The position numbers and the translations under genes were made by a program. This document shows, one piece after another, positions 11,061-22,300 of a DNA stretch of 64,000 bases. Under the pieces are notes generated by a model. That model saw only the letters and a program-made list of their open reading frames with translations. It was not told the origin of the DNA and made no database searches. Source of the DNA: Hemiscyllium ocellatum (lineage: Eukaryota). The DNA lies in the NCBI RefSeq assembly GCF_020745735.1, contig NC_083435.1:4255905-4319904 (forward strand), given 5' to 3'. Numbering within the stretch: position 1 is the first letter of the stretch; every line of letters starts with the position of its first letter.

Positions 11061-11076
11061 GGCTCTTAGAAGAGCC
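11061..11076 (-). terminator. Histone 3' stem-loop (H2B variant 1)
   Basis: Reverse complement GGCTCTTCTAAGAGCC-ACTCC, with AAATAGGGCTG downstream. Confidence 0.9.
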
Positions 11077-11141
11077 GTTTTTCTTTTCCGGGGTGGTTTT
11101 AACAAAGAGGTATAATCCCGACGGGGCAAGGGGACACAGTC

Positions 11142-11621
11142 CTACTTGGAGCTGGTGTATTTGGTGACCGCCTTGGTGCCCTCGGACACGGCGTGTTTGG
11201 CCAGCTCCCCGGGGAGCAGCAGGCGGACGGCGCTCTGGATCTCCCGGGAGGACAAGGTCTGCCGCCGGGTATAGTGGACCAGGCGGGAAGCCTCGGCGGC
11301 CAGGCGCTCGAAGATGTCGCCCACGAACGAATTGATGACACTCATAGCCTTGGAGGAGATACCGGTGTCGGGGTGCACCTGCTTCAGCACCTTGTAGATG
11401 TAGAGGCTGTAGCTCTCCCGGCGGCGGTTCCGGCGGTGCCTCCGGTCGCTCGCCGCCCCCCGGCGGGACATCTTCATCGCCGTCTTCTTTGAGCCTTTCT
11501 TGGAGACGGCGCCCTTGGCGGCACCGGTCACCCCTGTCGAAGACGAGGCGGAGACGGCGGCCGACGAAGCGGCTGAGGAGGAGGCGGCGGCGGACGCCGA
11601 AGAGGAGGCGGTGGTCGGCAT
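11142..11621 (-). CDS. Histone H2B variant with extended Ser/Ala-rich N-terminus (159 aa)
   Basis: ATG at 11621 (MPTTASSS). [26 protein letters not shown]...[26 protein letters not shown] is an unambiguous H2B fold. Confidence 0.95.
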   Translation of the reverse strand: MPTTASSSASAAASSSAASSAAVSASSSTGVTGAAKGAVSKKGSKKTAMKMSRRGAASDRRHRRNRRRESYSLYIYKVLKQVHPDTGISSKAMSVINSFVGDIFERLAAEASRLVHYTRRQTLSSREIQSAVRLLLPGELAKHAVSEGTKAVTKYTSSK

Positions 11622-11733
11622 GAGGGACTCTGGCGGCTGCCTCCTCTCGGGAAAGTCAAGCTCCTTCAAGCCACGGCGAGAAAGAGACAGACCAGCGCCG
11701 CTGTACCGGGTCAACCCTAATATTCTCAGCTCC

Positions 11734-11748
11734 ATGCAAATGAAGGAT
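11734..11748 (-). promoter_or_regulatory. H2B octamer element
   Basis: Minus strand ATCCTTCATTTGCAT, about 115 bp upstream of the ATG. ATTTGCAT is the H2B subtype-specific Oct-1 site. Confidence 0.85.
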
Positions 11749-11894
11749 AGGAAATCCTCAATTCCCATTGTGTGTCCCGTGTCCAAATCGCACAAATCAT
11801 AGCGAGGGACAGCGTCAGGGCTGTAACTTTGCAAGTGTAACAACTAGAGAGGTGGGGGTTGAGTGCTGAAGAAGAGTCTCTGGATGTTTTTCCC

Positions 11895-12913
11895 CTCGTG
11901 AGAAAGTCCAGGACCCAGACGGCACAGTCTCAGAAGGAAGGGCACCAATTTCAGACTGAGATGAGGAGGAATTTCTCCTTTCAGGGGGTTGCGACTCCTT
12001 GCCACAGAGATAGCTGTGGGAGCAGAGTCCGGGTGTGTGTATACTCAAGGCTTTTCTTGATCAGTCGGGAAATCCAGGGAAAAGGGCAGGCACGTGGATG
12101 TGAGGAATGTCGTATCAGCCATGATCCTGGTGAATTAGGGACAGGAGGATCTAATTATACTCGAAACGTCGACTTCTTCACCTCCTAATGTTGCCTGACC
12201 TGCTGTGTTCTTCCAGCAACTTGTTTATCTACTTACGATCCTACTGAATGACAGATCAGGCTCGAGGGGTCCTAAAGAGTGTTGCTGAACAGCGACCTTG
12301 GAGAGAAGGTTCATAGCTCCTTGAAAGTGGAGTCGCAGGTAGATAGGATAGTGAAGAAGGTGTTCGGTATGCTTTCCTTTATTGGTCAGAGTATTGAGTA
12401 CAGGAGTTGGGAGGTCATGTTGTGGCTGTACAGGACATTGGTTAGGCCACTGTTGGAATATTGCAATTCTGGTCTCCTTCCTATCAGAAGGATGTTGTGA
12501 AACTTGAAAGGGTTCAGAAAAGATTTACAAGGATGTTGCCAGGGTTGGAGGGTCTGAGCTACAGGGAGAGGCTGAACAGGCTGGGGCTGTTTTCCCTGGA
12601 GCGTCGGAGGCTGAGGGATGACCTTATAGAGGTTTACAAAATTATGAGGGGCATGGATAGGATAAATAGGCAAAGTCTTTTCCCTGGGGTGGGGGAGTCC
12701 AGAACTAGAGGGCGTAGGTTTAGAGTGAGAGGGGAAAGACATAAAAGAGACCTAAGGGGCAACTTTTTCACACAGAGGGTGGTACGTGTATGGAATGAGC
12801 TGCCAGAGGATGTGGTGGAGGCTGGTACAGTTACGACATTTAAGAGGCATTTGGATGGGTATATGGACAGGAAGGGTTTGGAGGGATATGGGCCGGGTGC
12901 TGGCAGATGGGAC
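11895..12913 (+). mobile_element. Two CR1-type LINE 3' fragments (about 11895-12270 and 12277-12913)
   Basis: ORFs 12279-12500 and 12461-13027 (LERVQKRFTRMLPGL...GNFFTQRVVRVWNELP). Confidence 0.85.
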
Positions 12914-13025
12914 GAGGAAATATTGCTATTATGGTCATCTGTCCGGTTGAAAATGATCTTTATTATTTGTAACTCAGTGCCACCCTCACATTTAATAAAT
13001 GTCACAAAATTAAACTTGCCGAGAT

Positions 13026-13065
13026 GACTCTTTTTGTGAATATGTCAGTGGCTCTGAAAAGAGCC
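13026..13065 (-). terminator. Histone 3' stem-loop and downstream element (H1-like gene 4)
   Basis: Reverse complement GGCTCTTTTCAGAGCC (13050-13065), then AAAAAGAGTC. Confidence 0.93.
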
Positions 13066-13088
13066 TTTTTCGGTTTTTCATTCTGAAC

Positions 13089-13772
13089 TTATTTCCCCCG
13101 TTCCCCAGCCCCTGGCTCAGCTTCCTCGGAGCCGCTCTCTCCTCCTCCCGACTGTGGTTGAGCTCCCTGCCCCCCGGGCGGCGGCTCAGCGCCCGGCAAC
13201 GGCTCCTTGGTCGCTTTCCGGGCCGCCCGAATGCGGCCACCGGGTCTCCGGACCCCGGTTCCTTTGGCCGCTTTCCTCCGTCCGCCGGCGGTTCTGCCCT
13301 TCTTCCGGCCGCCTCGCGGCGGTTTCTTCCTCCGGACCGGGCTCCTCTTCCTGCCGCGGGTGGGGGCGGCCTTCCGCTGCCGACCCCGAGACTTGGGGCT
13401 AGCGGCGGCCGCTGCTGCCACCGGGCGGTTCTGACCCTCCTGATGGTGCTGCCGGTTGATTTTAAAGGAACCCGATGCCCCGGCGCCTGCCGTCCGCAGC
13501 AGCGAGCCGGCGGACACCAGGCTCCGCACCGCCTGGTTCACCCGCGAATTGATTCGCGGCACGTCGTAACCGGCGGCCGACAGCGCCTTCTTGACGCCGG
13601 CCAGCGAGAGGCCGCGGCGGTCCCGGGAAGACCCCACCGCCTCCAGGATGTGCCCGGACATGGTAGGGGCTCCCCCGCCAGCGGCCGCTACCTGCCGCAC
13701 TTTGGGCGGGCTCCTCCGCCGCCGCCCCTTCCTGCCCCGGGAGGAACCTTCGATCAGGTCGCCCGAAGCCAT
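13089..13772 (-). CDS. Arg-rich histone H1-like / protamine-like protein (227 aa)
   Basis: ATG at 13772 (MASGDL). MSGHILEAVGSSRDRRGLSLAGVKKALSAAGYDVPRINSRVNQAVRSLVSAGSLLRTAGAGASGSFKIN is an H1 globular domain. SP-basic motifs and a stem-loop are present. Confidence 0.92.
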   Translation of the reverse strand: MASGDLIEGSSRGRKGRRRRSPPKVRQVAAAGGGAPTMSGHILEAVGSSRDRRGLSLAGVKKALSAAGYDVPRINSRVNQAVRSLVSAGSLLRTAGAGASGSFKINRQHHQEGQNRPVAAAAAASPKSRGRQRKAAPTRGRKRSPVRRKKPPRGGRKKGRTAGGRRKAAKGTGVRRPGGRIRAARKATKEPLPGAEPPPGGQGAQPQSGGGESGSEEAEPGAGERGK

Positions 13773-14179
13773 TCCGGTGGCTACCAACGCCGGGCGTCGC
13801 CTTCAGCACCTCCCCCGTCCCCCCACCCACCTCCTCCAGTGTCCACCTCTAACACCGCGGGGACCGAAACTGAAGGAACGAGGCGCAGCTCCAGAGCCTT
13901 TTCAATGTTCAAGGCGGACGTGAAAGGCGAGTGCTCCGGTTTAGACCCAGCACGTGCTTCCAGGACGGTCGAGGTTGTTGCATTCATCCATTCCTCTCTG
14001 TGTTTATAAAATCAAATTGAGGCACAAGCTTTTATATATATATATATATTTTAAAAATCACTCCGTTCACTTACAATATCTTTTTACTTACATCTTTAAA
14101 GCCCTCATTCCACGATGTGCGCAAATCTAATTTGGTCGAATTGCCAACCCATCTCTGCCCAGGTGCCTCTATGACAAGA

Positions 14180-14403
14180 GTAAAAAGTGAGGTCTGCAGA
14201 TGCTGGAGATCAGAGCTGAAAATGTGTTGCTGGTTAAAGCACAGCAGGTTAGGTAGCATCCAAGGAACAGAAAATTCGACGTTTCGGGCCAGAGCCCTTC
14301 ATCAGGAATTTTTCCTGATGAAGGGCTCTGGCCCGAAACGTCGAATTTCCTGTTCCTTGGATGCTGCCTAACCTGCTGTGCTTTAACCAGCAACACATTT
14401 TCA
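14180..14403. mobile_element. Near-perfect palindromic Penelope-tail element (family A) with hammerhead cores on both strands
   Basis: Arms 14217-14308 and 14312-14403 are near-exact reverse complements. TTC-CTGATGA-A-GGGC(TCTG)GCCC-GAAAC-GTC-GAA at 14312-14345. Confidence 0.8.
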
Positions 14404-14419
14404 TCTCTATGATAAGAAC

Positions 14420-15825
14420 CAATGCTTTGTAGACCTCAATCAGGTAACCCCTCTCTTAACACCTGGACTCAGAGGTGTGAACAATGAAGGCCAATGTGCT
14501 AAACGCTTTCTTAACAACCCTTCCTCCACGCGATTAAAATTTCAAATAATTTCGTACCAGAACCTGTGGATCTCTCTTCTGCAACACTACCCAGGGCTCT
14601 ACCATTAGTTGTATAAGTCCTGCACTTGTTTGTTTTCGCCAAAATGCAATACCTCGCATTTATTCAGACTAAAGTCCATCTGCAACACCACCACCCCCGG
14701 CCCCCAGCCCATTGATCCAATTGATTAAGATCTTCACTGTCAATGTATCATAATTTTGGCGTCGTCTGCAAACTTACTAACCATCTTTCCTAAATTCTCA
14801 TCTGAATTGTTTACACAAATTTCAATCAATTGTTGATCCAATTCTGAACCCTGTGGAAAACCGCTGGTCACAGGCTTCCAGTCTGAAAAACAACCCTTCA
14901 ACACCACCCTCTGTCTCTTATCATTAAGACAAATTTGTATCCATTTGGCAAGCTGTCTCTGAATCCCATACGATCTGACTTTACTAATTAGACCACCGTG
15001 TGGAACCTTCTCAAAGGCTTTACTAAAGTCTGCTGCTCTGCCCTCAACAATCTTTTTGGTTACTTCCTCAAAAAGCTCAATCAAGTTTGTGAACATAATT
15101 CCCCCTTCACAAAACTATGCTGACTATCCCTAATCAATCCTTGCATCTCCAAATGCATGCAAATCCTATATTTCAGAATTATTCCAAAAACTTCCCCACC
15201 ACGGACATCAGACTTATTGATCTGTAGTTCCGAGGATTCTCCTTACAGCCTTTCTTAAACAATGGCACAACATTAATCATCTTCCAGTCCTCCAGCACCT
15301 CACTCCTGTTTATAGATGATACAAATATCTCTATTTGCGGCCCCGCAATTTCTTACCTAACTTCCCACAATGTCCTGGGATGCACTTGATCAGGTTCCAG
15401 AAATTTATCCATCTTTATGTTTCTAAGACCGCCAGTACTTCCCCTTCTGCAATGTGAACTGTTTTCTAAACATCAGTATTTATATCCCTAAGTTCTCCAG
15501 CCGGCGCGTTTTTCCTCCACAGTAAAAGCTGACACCAAAATATTCATGTAGCATCTCTCCCCTCTCCTTCAATTCAACACATAGATAAACTTGTTGAACA
15601 TTAAGGGGCCCTATTATCTCCCTAGTTGCTCTTTTGGTCTTAATATACTTGCAGAATCTTTGTGGATAATCCATAACCTAATCTGCCGAGGACTGAGGTA
15701 GTAACAAAGAGGATTGATGAGGGCAGAGCGGTAGATGTGATCTATATGGACTTCAGTAAGGTGTTCGACAAGGTTCCCCGTGGGAGACTGTTTAGCAAGG
15801 TTAGATCTCACGGATTTCAGGGGGA
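14420..15825 (-). mobile_element. Degraded CR1-type LINE RT region (short plus-strand piece at about 15693-15825)
   Basis: ORF 14740-15096 with DFSKAFEKVPH...VTSGFPQGS...SKFADD. Confidence 0.85.
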
Positions 15826-16301
15826 AGTGTATGTTTGTGCCTATGTATGTTTGTGTGCATTTAGCGAATGAATGTTTCTGCATCTATTGGAGTGCATCCG
15901 TGACTGTGTAGGTCTGCGCAATTCTTTTCGCGGACGCCGCACCCCAGTTCCGAAAGCTGGGGCAGAGAGAAAAAAATAACTCCACAATCTCGGCAGAGAA
16001 AGAGGAATCTGGAAACTTTTGTCAGAACCAGTGACAGAATGAAGCAAATGTTTCGAAACCTGTTGGACTATAACCTGGTGTTGTGCGATTTTTAACTCTG
16101 TACACCCCAGTCCAACACCGGCATCTCCAAATTAACATTGAGGACGTTTCTCTGCGTGTCAGTGTTCGTTAGTGTCTGTGGAGGTGGTCTGTGCAAATCT
16201 CTCCCCAGGACTCAGCGCAACACTGCCCTCTGTGGAGAGAGTAGCAATTTCCTCCCTCTCCCTCCCGTTCCGTGCTGCTGTCTCCGCCCATCGGCTCGTC
16301 C

Positions 16302-16330
16302 TCAACCAGGTCCGCGGGAACCACATAAAA
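16302..16330 (+). promoter_or_regulatory. H4 subtype-specific promoter element and TATA-like box
   Basis: TCAACCAGGTCCG resembles the vertebrate H4 site-II/HINFP motif (TCAAT..GGTCCG). CATAAAA at 16324-16330. Confidence 0.7.
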
Positions 16331-16364
16331 ACCTGGGATTCGTGTCCCTGTCTCCCTGTTATAG

Positions 16365-16739
<375 letters not shown>

Positions 16740-16881
16740 GACCAGGAGGAGGAAAGCGTTTTTGCTTATTTTGTTTTATTATAAACGACCCCCTTTGAAA
16801 ACACCCCCCGAATGGAATTCCTCTGAACCTCGCCTTTATTTCATTTTACTTTAATGAAACAAAACAAAACAAAAACCCAAA

Positions 16882-16897
16882 GGCTCTTTTAAGAGCC
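16882..16897 (+). terminator. Histone 3' stem-loop (H4)
   Basis: CCAAA-GGCTCTTTTAAGAGCC-AGC, with purine-rich GGAAGAAGG downstream. Confidence 0.92.
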
Positions 16898-17973
16898 AGC
16901 TCATTCTGTCCAGGAAGAAGGCTATTACTGAGGAGCTTTTACTTTGCACGGTTTTATTGATAACGTTTAAACTCACCGAGGCATGTGGAATGGGTTCTGT
17001 GCCTAAATAAAAGCATAAAGTACACGAGGCGGGAGAAAACTAACTGAATCAGAAGGGAATGCTGGCAAATGGGACTAGTTGAGCCAAAGGACTTATTTTC
17101 GTGTCTGCCGATCATCAAATACCCATCGGCAGTATTTTCATCTTACTTCCACACCTGCTTCATAGCCTTGTACATTATGGCCTTTCAAGTGCTCATCTAA
17201 ATACCACATAATTGTCTAAGAGTTCAAACCACTCTTACAGGCAATGAGCTCCAGATACCCACCACCTTATCCACCAATCCCCTTAAACCCCCTGCTCCTT
17301 ACCTTACATCCAAGGCCCCCTGGTTATTGACCCCTCACCTAAAGGGAAATGTTTTCCCTAGCTACCCTACCTGTGGCCCTCCCAGTAAATCCATTCTGTC
17401 TCCATCGCTGAGACTCTCCAGCCCAGGGCAGCATCCTGGTAAATCTCCCAGTGTACCCACTCCAGTAATTCCCTCGAATGCGGGTTCCATATGTGGCCTA
17501 ACTAACACTGTTAGGTAACTAACTAAGTTCCATCAGAACAGCTAGATCATTCAGTTCCATAATCTCCTTGCTCTAATATTCAGTGCCTTGACAATACTAA
17601 TGAGCCAATATCACATTGAACGGAGGACCAGTCTTAAAGGGCCGAGTTGCTTACTGCTGTTGCTATCTACTATGTTTCTAAGTATCTTATGTCACTTCTT
17701 GTAGTGAAGCCAGTTGCTTCCCTTGAATCTTTGAGAGTAGAAGTGTTGTATTAGCAGAGGTTTTGGCTGCCTGAACCAGGAAGGTGAGCAGGGTCAGCTA
17801 TTCAGAGAGGAGTTTGAGACAAGCTGGAGAAATCCTCTTGTTCTCACAGACCGATCTTGGAGGTGTTTTCAATGTGGACAGAACCCGGCTGAGGTTTACA
17901 TTGAGGTAGTGAGCGATCAGGGAGAATCTGATGGCTGTGCAGTGGCTATTTCTTTTAAATATACAGAATCCTT

Positions 17974-19075
17974 ATAGTGTGGAAACAGGCCATTCAGCCC
18001 AGCAAGTCCGGGGGCATCACATACACACACACCCATCTCCATAGCTAACCAACTCGCCCACACACTGCAGACAATTTCCCATGGCCAATCCACCCTGACC
18101 TGCACATCCCTGGACACTATGGGACAATTTCCCATGGCCAATCCACCCTGACCTGCACATCCCTGGGCACTATGGGACAATTTCCCATGGCCAATTCACC
18201 CTAACCTGCACATCCCTGGGCACTATGGGACAATTTCCCATGGCCAATCCACCCTAACCTGCACATCCCTGGGCACTATGGGACAATTTCCCATGGCCAA
18301 TCCACCCTAACCTGCACATCCCTGGGCACTATGGGACAATTTCCCATGGCCAATCCACCCCAACCTGCACATCCCTGGGCACTATGGGACAATTTCCCAT
18401 GGCCAATCCACCCTGACCTGCACATCCCTGGGCACTATGGGACAATTTCCCATGGCCAATTCACCCTAACCTGCACGTCCCTGGGCACTATGGGACAATT
18501 TCCCATGGCCAATCCACCCTAACCTGCACGTCCCTGGGCACTATGGGACAATTTCCCATGGCCAATCCACCCTAACCTGCACATCCCTGGGCACTATGGG
18601 ACAATTTCCCATGGCCAATCCACCCCAACCTGTACATCCCTGGGCACTGTGGGACAATTTCCCCACGGCCAATCCACCCTAACCTGCACATCCCTGGGCA
18701 CTATGGGACAATTTCCCATGGCCAATCCACCCTAACCTACACATCCCTGGGCACTGTTGGACAGTTTCCAATGGCCAATCCACCCTAACCTGCACATCCC
18801 TGGGCACTATGGGACGATTTCCCATGGCCAATCCACCCTAACCTGCACATCCCTGGACACTATGGGACAGTTTCCAATGGCCAATCCACCCTAACCTGCA
18901 CATCCCTGGACACTACGGGACAGTTTCCAATGGCCAATCCACCCTAACCTGCACATCTTTCAACTGTGGGAGGAAACCGGAGCAAACCCACACAGACAGT
19001 CGCCCGAGACTGAAAATCGATCCCAGGTCACTGGAGCTGTGAGACAGCCGTGCTAACCACTGACCCACCGTGCTG
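17974..19075 (-). mobile_element. HE1-type SINE with internally amplified segment
   Basis: SINE tail (GTGTGGAAACAGGCC) at about 17976 and SINE head (GCTAACCACTGACCCACCGTGC) at about 19052-19073 bracket the 53-bp array. Confidence 0.8.
18071..18957. repeat. 53-bp minisatellite, about 17 copies, SINE-derived
   Basis: Unit CTATGGGACAATTTCCCATGGCCAATCCACCCTAACCTGCACATCCCTGGGCA. Confidence 0.95.
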
Positions 19076-19393
19076 TTTGGGTCCTGAAATCAAAGGCTGC
19101 ACTGAGAGTCCTCTCTGTGGAAATTCAACACGCATATATAAGGACTGTGGGAAATAACTACTCACATATAAGAATACAGAAATTAATCAATAAAATGCTG
19201 CAGAAATGAAACACTTAAATAAAAGGATTGTGAGAATTAAACATGCAGTGTCAAGCAAGATACTCCACAGATGCTGCCAGAAACTGTTATGTTTCTCCAG
19301 CCATTACTACTTTCTATCTATCTATCTATTTATCTAATGCCAGATTGTTTGTGCTGTGTGTGCTTTTATCTCCATCTTTATTCAAGGTAAAAT

Positions 19394-22300
19394 CCCAGAT
19401 CAGGATCTTGTCTGAATATCTCCCTCCCCAAACCCCAGACCGGGATCCTGTCTGAATATCTCCCTCCACAAACCCCAGACCAGGATCCTGTCTGAATATC
19501 TCCCTCCTCAAACCCCACACAAGGATCCTGTCTGAATATCTCCCTCCCCAAACCCCAGACCAGGATCCTGTCTGAAAATCTCCCTCCCCAAACCCCAGAT
19601 CAGGATCTTGTCTGAATATCTCTCTCCCCAAACCCCAGACCAGGTTCCTCTCTGAATATCTCCCTCCCCTCCCCAAACCAGGATCCTTTCTGAATATCTC
19701 CGTCCCCAAACCCCAGACGAAAATCTTGTCTGAATATCTCCCTTCCCAAACCGGGATCCTGTCTGAATATCTCCCTCCCCAAACCGCAGACCAGGATCCT
19801 TTCTGAATATCTCCCTCCCCAAACCCCAGACTAGGATCCTGTCTGAATATCTCCCTCCCCAAACCCCAGATCAGGATCCTGTCTGAATATCTCCCTCCCC
19901 AAACCCCAGATCAGGATCCTGTCTGAATGTCTCCCTCCCAAAACCCCAGACCAGGATCTTGTCTGAATGTCTCCCTCCCCAAACCCCAGACCAGGATCCT
20001 GTCTGAATATCTCCCTCCCCAAACCCCAGATCAGGATCCTGTCTGAATATCTCCCTCCCCAAACCCCAGACCAGGATCCTGTCTGAATGTCTCCCTCCCC
20101 AAACCCCAGACCAGGATCCTGTCTGAATATCTCCGTCCCCAAACCCCAGACGAAAATCTTGTCTGAATATCTCCCTTCCCAAACCGGGATCCTGTCTGAA
20201 TATCTCCCTCCCCAAACCGCAGACCAGGATCCTTTCTGAATATCTCCCTCCCCAAACCCCAGACTAGGATCCTGTCTGAATATCTCCCTCCCCAAACCCC
20301 AGATCAGGATCCTGTCTGAATATCTCCCTCCCCAAACCCCAGACCAGGATCCTGTCTGAATGTCTCCCTCCCCAAACCCCAGACCAGGATCTTGTCTGAA
20401 TGTCTCCCTCCCCAAACCCCAGACCAGGATCCTGTCTGAATATCTCCCTCCCCAAACCCCAGATCAGGATCCTGTCTGAATATCTCCCTCCCCAAACCCC
20501 AGACCAGGATCCTGTCTGAATATCTCCCTCCCCAAACCCCAGACCAGGATCCTGTCTGAATATCTCCCTCCCCAAACCCCAGACCAGGATCCTGTCTGAA
20601 TATCTCCCTCCCCAAACCCCAGACCAGGATCCTGTCTGAATATCTCCCTCCCCAAACCCCAGCCCAGGATCCTGTCTGAATGTCTCCCTCCCCAAACCCC
20701 AGACCAGGATCTTGTCTGAATATCACCCTCCCCAAACCCCAGACCAGGATCCTGTCTGAATATCTCCCTCCCCAAATCCCAGACCAGGATCCTGTCTGAA
20801 TATCACCCTCCCCAAACCCCAGATCAGGATCCTGTCTGAATATCTCCCTCCCCAAACCCCAGATCAGGATCCTGTCTGAATATCTCCCTCCCCAAACCCC
20901 AGATCAGGATCCTGTCTGAATGTCTCCCTCCCCAAACCCAGACCAGGATCTTGTCTGAATGTCTCCCTCCCCAAACCCCAGCCCAGGATCCTGTCTGAAT
21001 ATCTCCCTCCCCAAACCCCAGCCCAGGATCCTGTCTGAATGTCTCCCTCCCCAAACCCCAGACCAGGATCTTGTCTGAATATCTCCCTCCCCAAACCCCA
21101 GACCAGGATCCTGTCTGAATATCTCCCTCCCCAAACCCCAGACCAGGATCCTGTCTGAATATCACCCTCCCCAAACCCCAGATCAGGATCCTGTCTGAAT
21201 ATCTCCCTCCCCAAACCCCAGATCAGGATCCTGTCTGAATATCTCCCTCCCCAAACCCCAGACCAGGATCCTGTCTGAATGTCTCCCTCCCCAAACCCCA
21301 GACCAGGATCTTGTCTGAATATCTCCCTCCCCAAACCCCAGATCAGGATCCTGTCTGAATATCTCCCTCCCCAAACCCCAGATCAGGATCCTGTCTGAAT
21401 ATCTCCCTCCCCAAACCCCAGACCAGGATCCTGTCTGAATGTCTCCCTCCCCAAACCCCAGACCAGGATCTTGTCTGAATATCTCCCTCCCCAAACCCCA
21501 GATCAGGATCCTGTCTGAATATCTCCCTCCCCAAACCCCAGATCAGGATCCTGTCTGAATATCTCCCTCCCCAAACCCCAGATCAGGATCCTGTCTGAAT
21601 ATCTCCCTCCCCAAACCCCAGACCAGGATCCTGTCTGAATGTCTCCCTCCCCAAACCCCAGACCAGGATCTTGTCTGAATATCTCCCTCCCCAAACCCCA
21701 GACCAGGATCCTGTCTGAATATCTCCCTCCCCAAACCCCAGATCAGGATCCTGTCTGAATAGCTCCCTCCCCAAACCCCAGACCAGGATCCTGTCTGAAT
21801 ATCACCCTCCCCAAACCCCAGATCAGGATCCTGTCTGAATATCTCCCTCCCCAAACCCCAGATCAGGATCCTGTCTGAATATCTCCCTCCCCAAACCCCA
21901 GACCAGGATCCTGTCTGAATGTCTCCCTCCCCAAACCCCAGACCAGGATCTTGTCTGAATATCTCCCTCCCCAAACCCCAGACCAGGATCCTGTCTGAAT
22001 ATCTCCCTCCCCAAACCCCAGATCAGGATCCTGTCTGAATATCTCCCTCCCCAAACCCCAGACCAGGATCCTGTCTGAATGTCTCCCTCCCCAAACCCCA
22101 GACCAGGATCTTGTCTGAATATCTCCCTCCCCAAACCCCAGACCAGGATCCTGTCTGAATATCTCCCTCCCCAAACCCCAGATCAGGATTCTGTCTGAAT
22201 AGCTCCCTCCCCAAACCCCAGACCAGGATCCTGTCTGAATATCTCCCTCCCCAAACCCCAGATCAGGATCCTGTCTGAATATCTCCCTCCCCAAACCCCA

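Noticed and set aside
11622-11843. Upstream extensions of ORF-track calls (H2B from 11843, H4 from 16374, H1-like from 5486, 8054, 13787)
   Set aside because: They begin at non-ATG codons or run through the promoter elements; the downstream ATGs fit histone gene architecture.
13999-14005. H1-box AAACACA upstream of H1-like gene 4
   Set aside because: A single 7-mer in AT-rich DNA without clearly spaced CCAAT/TATA partners; could be chance.
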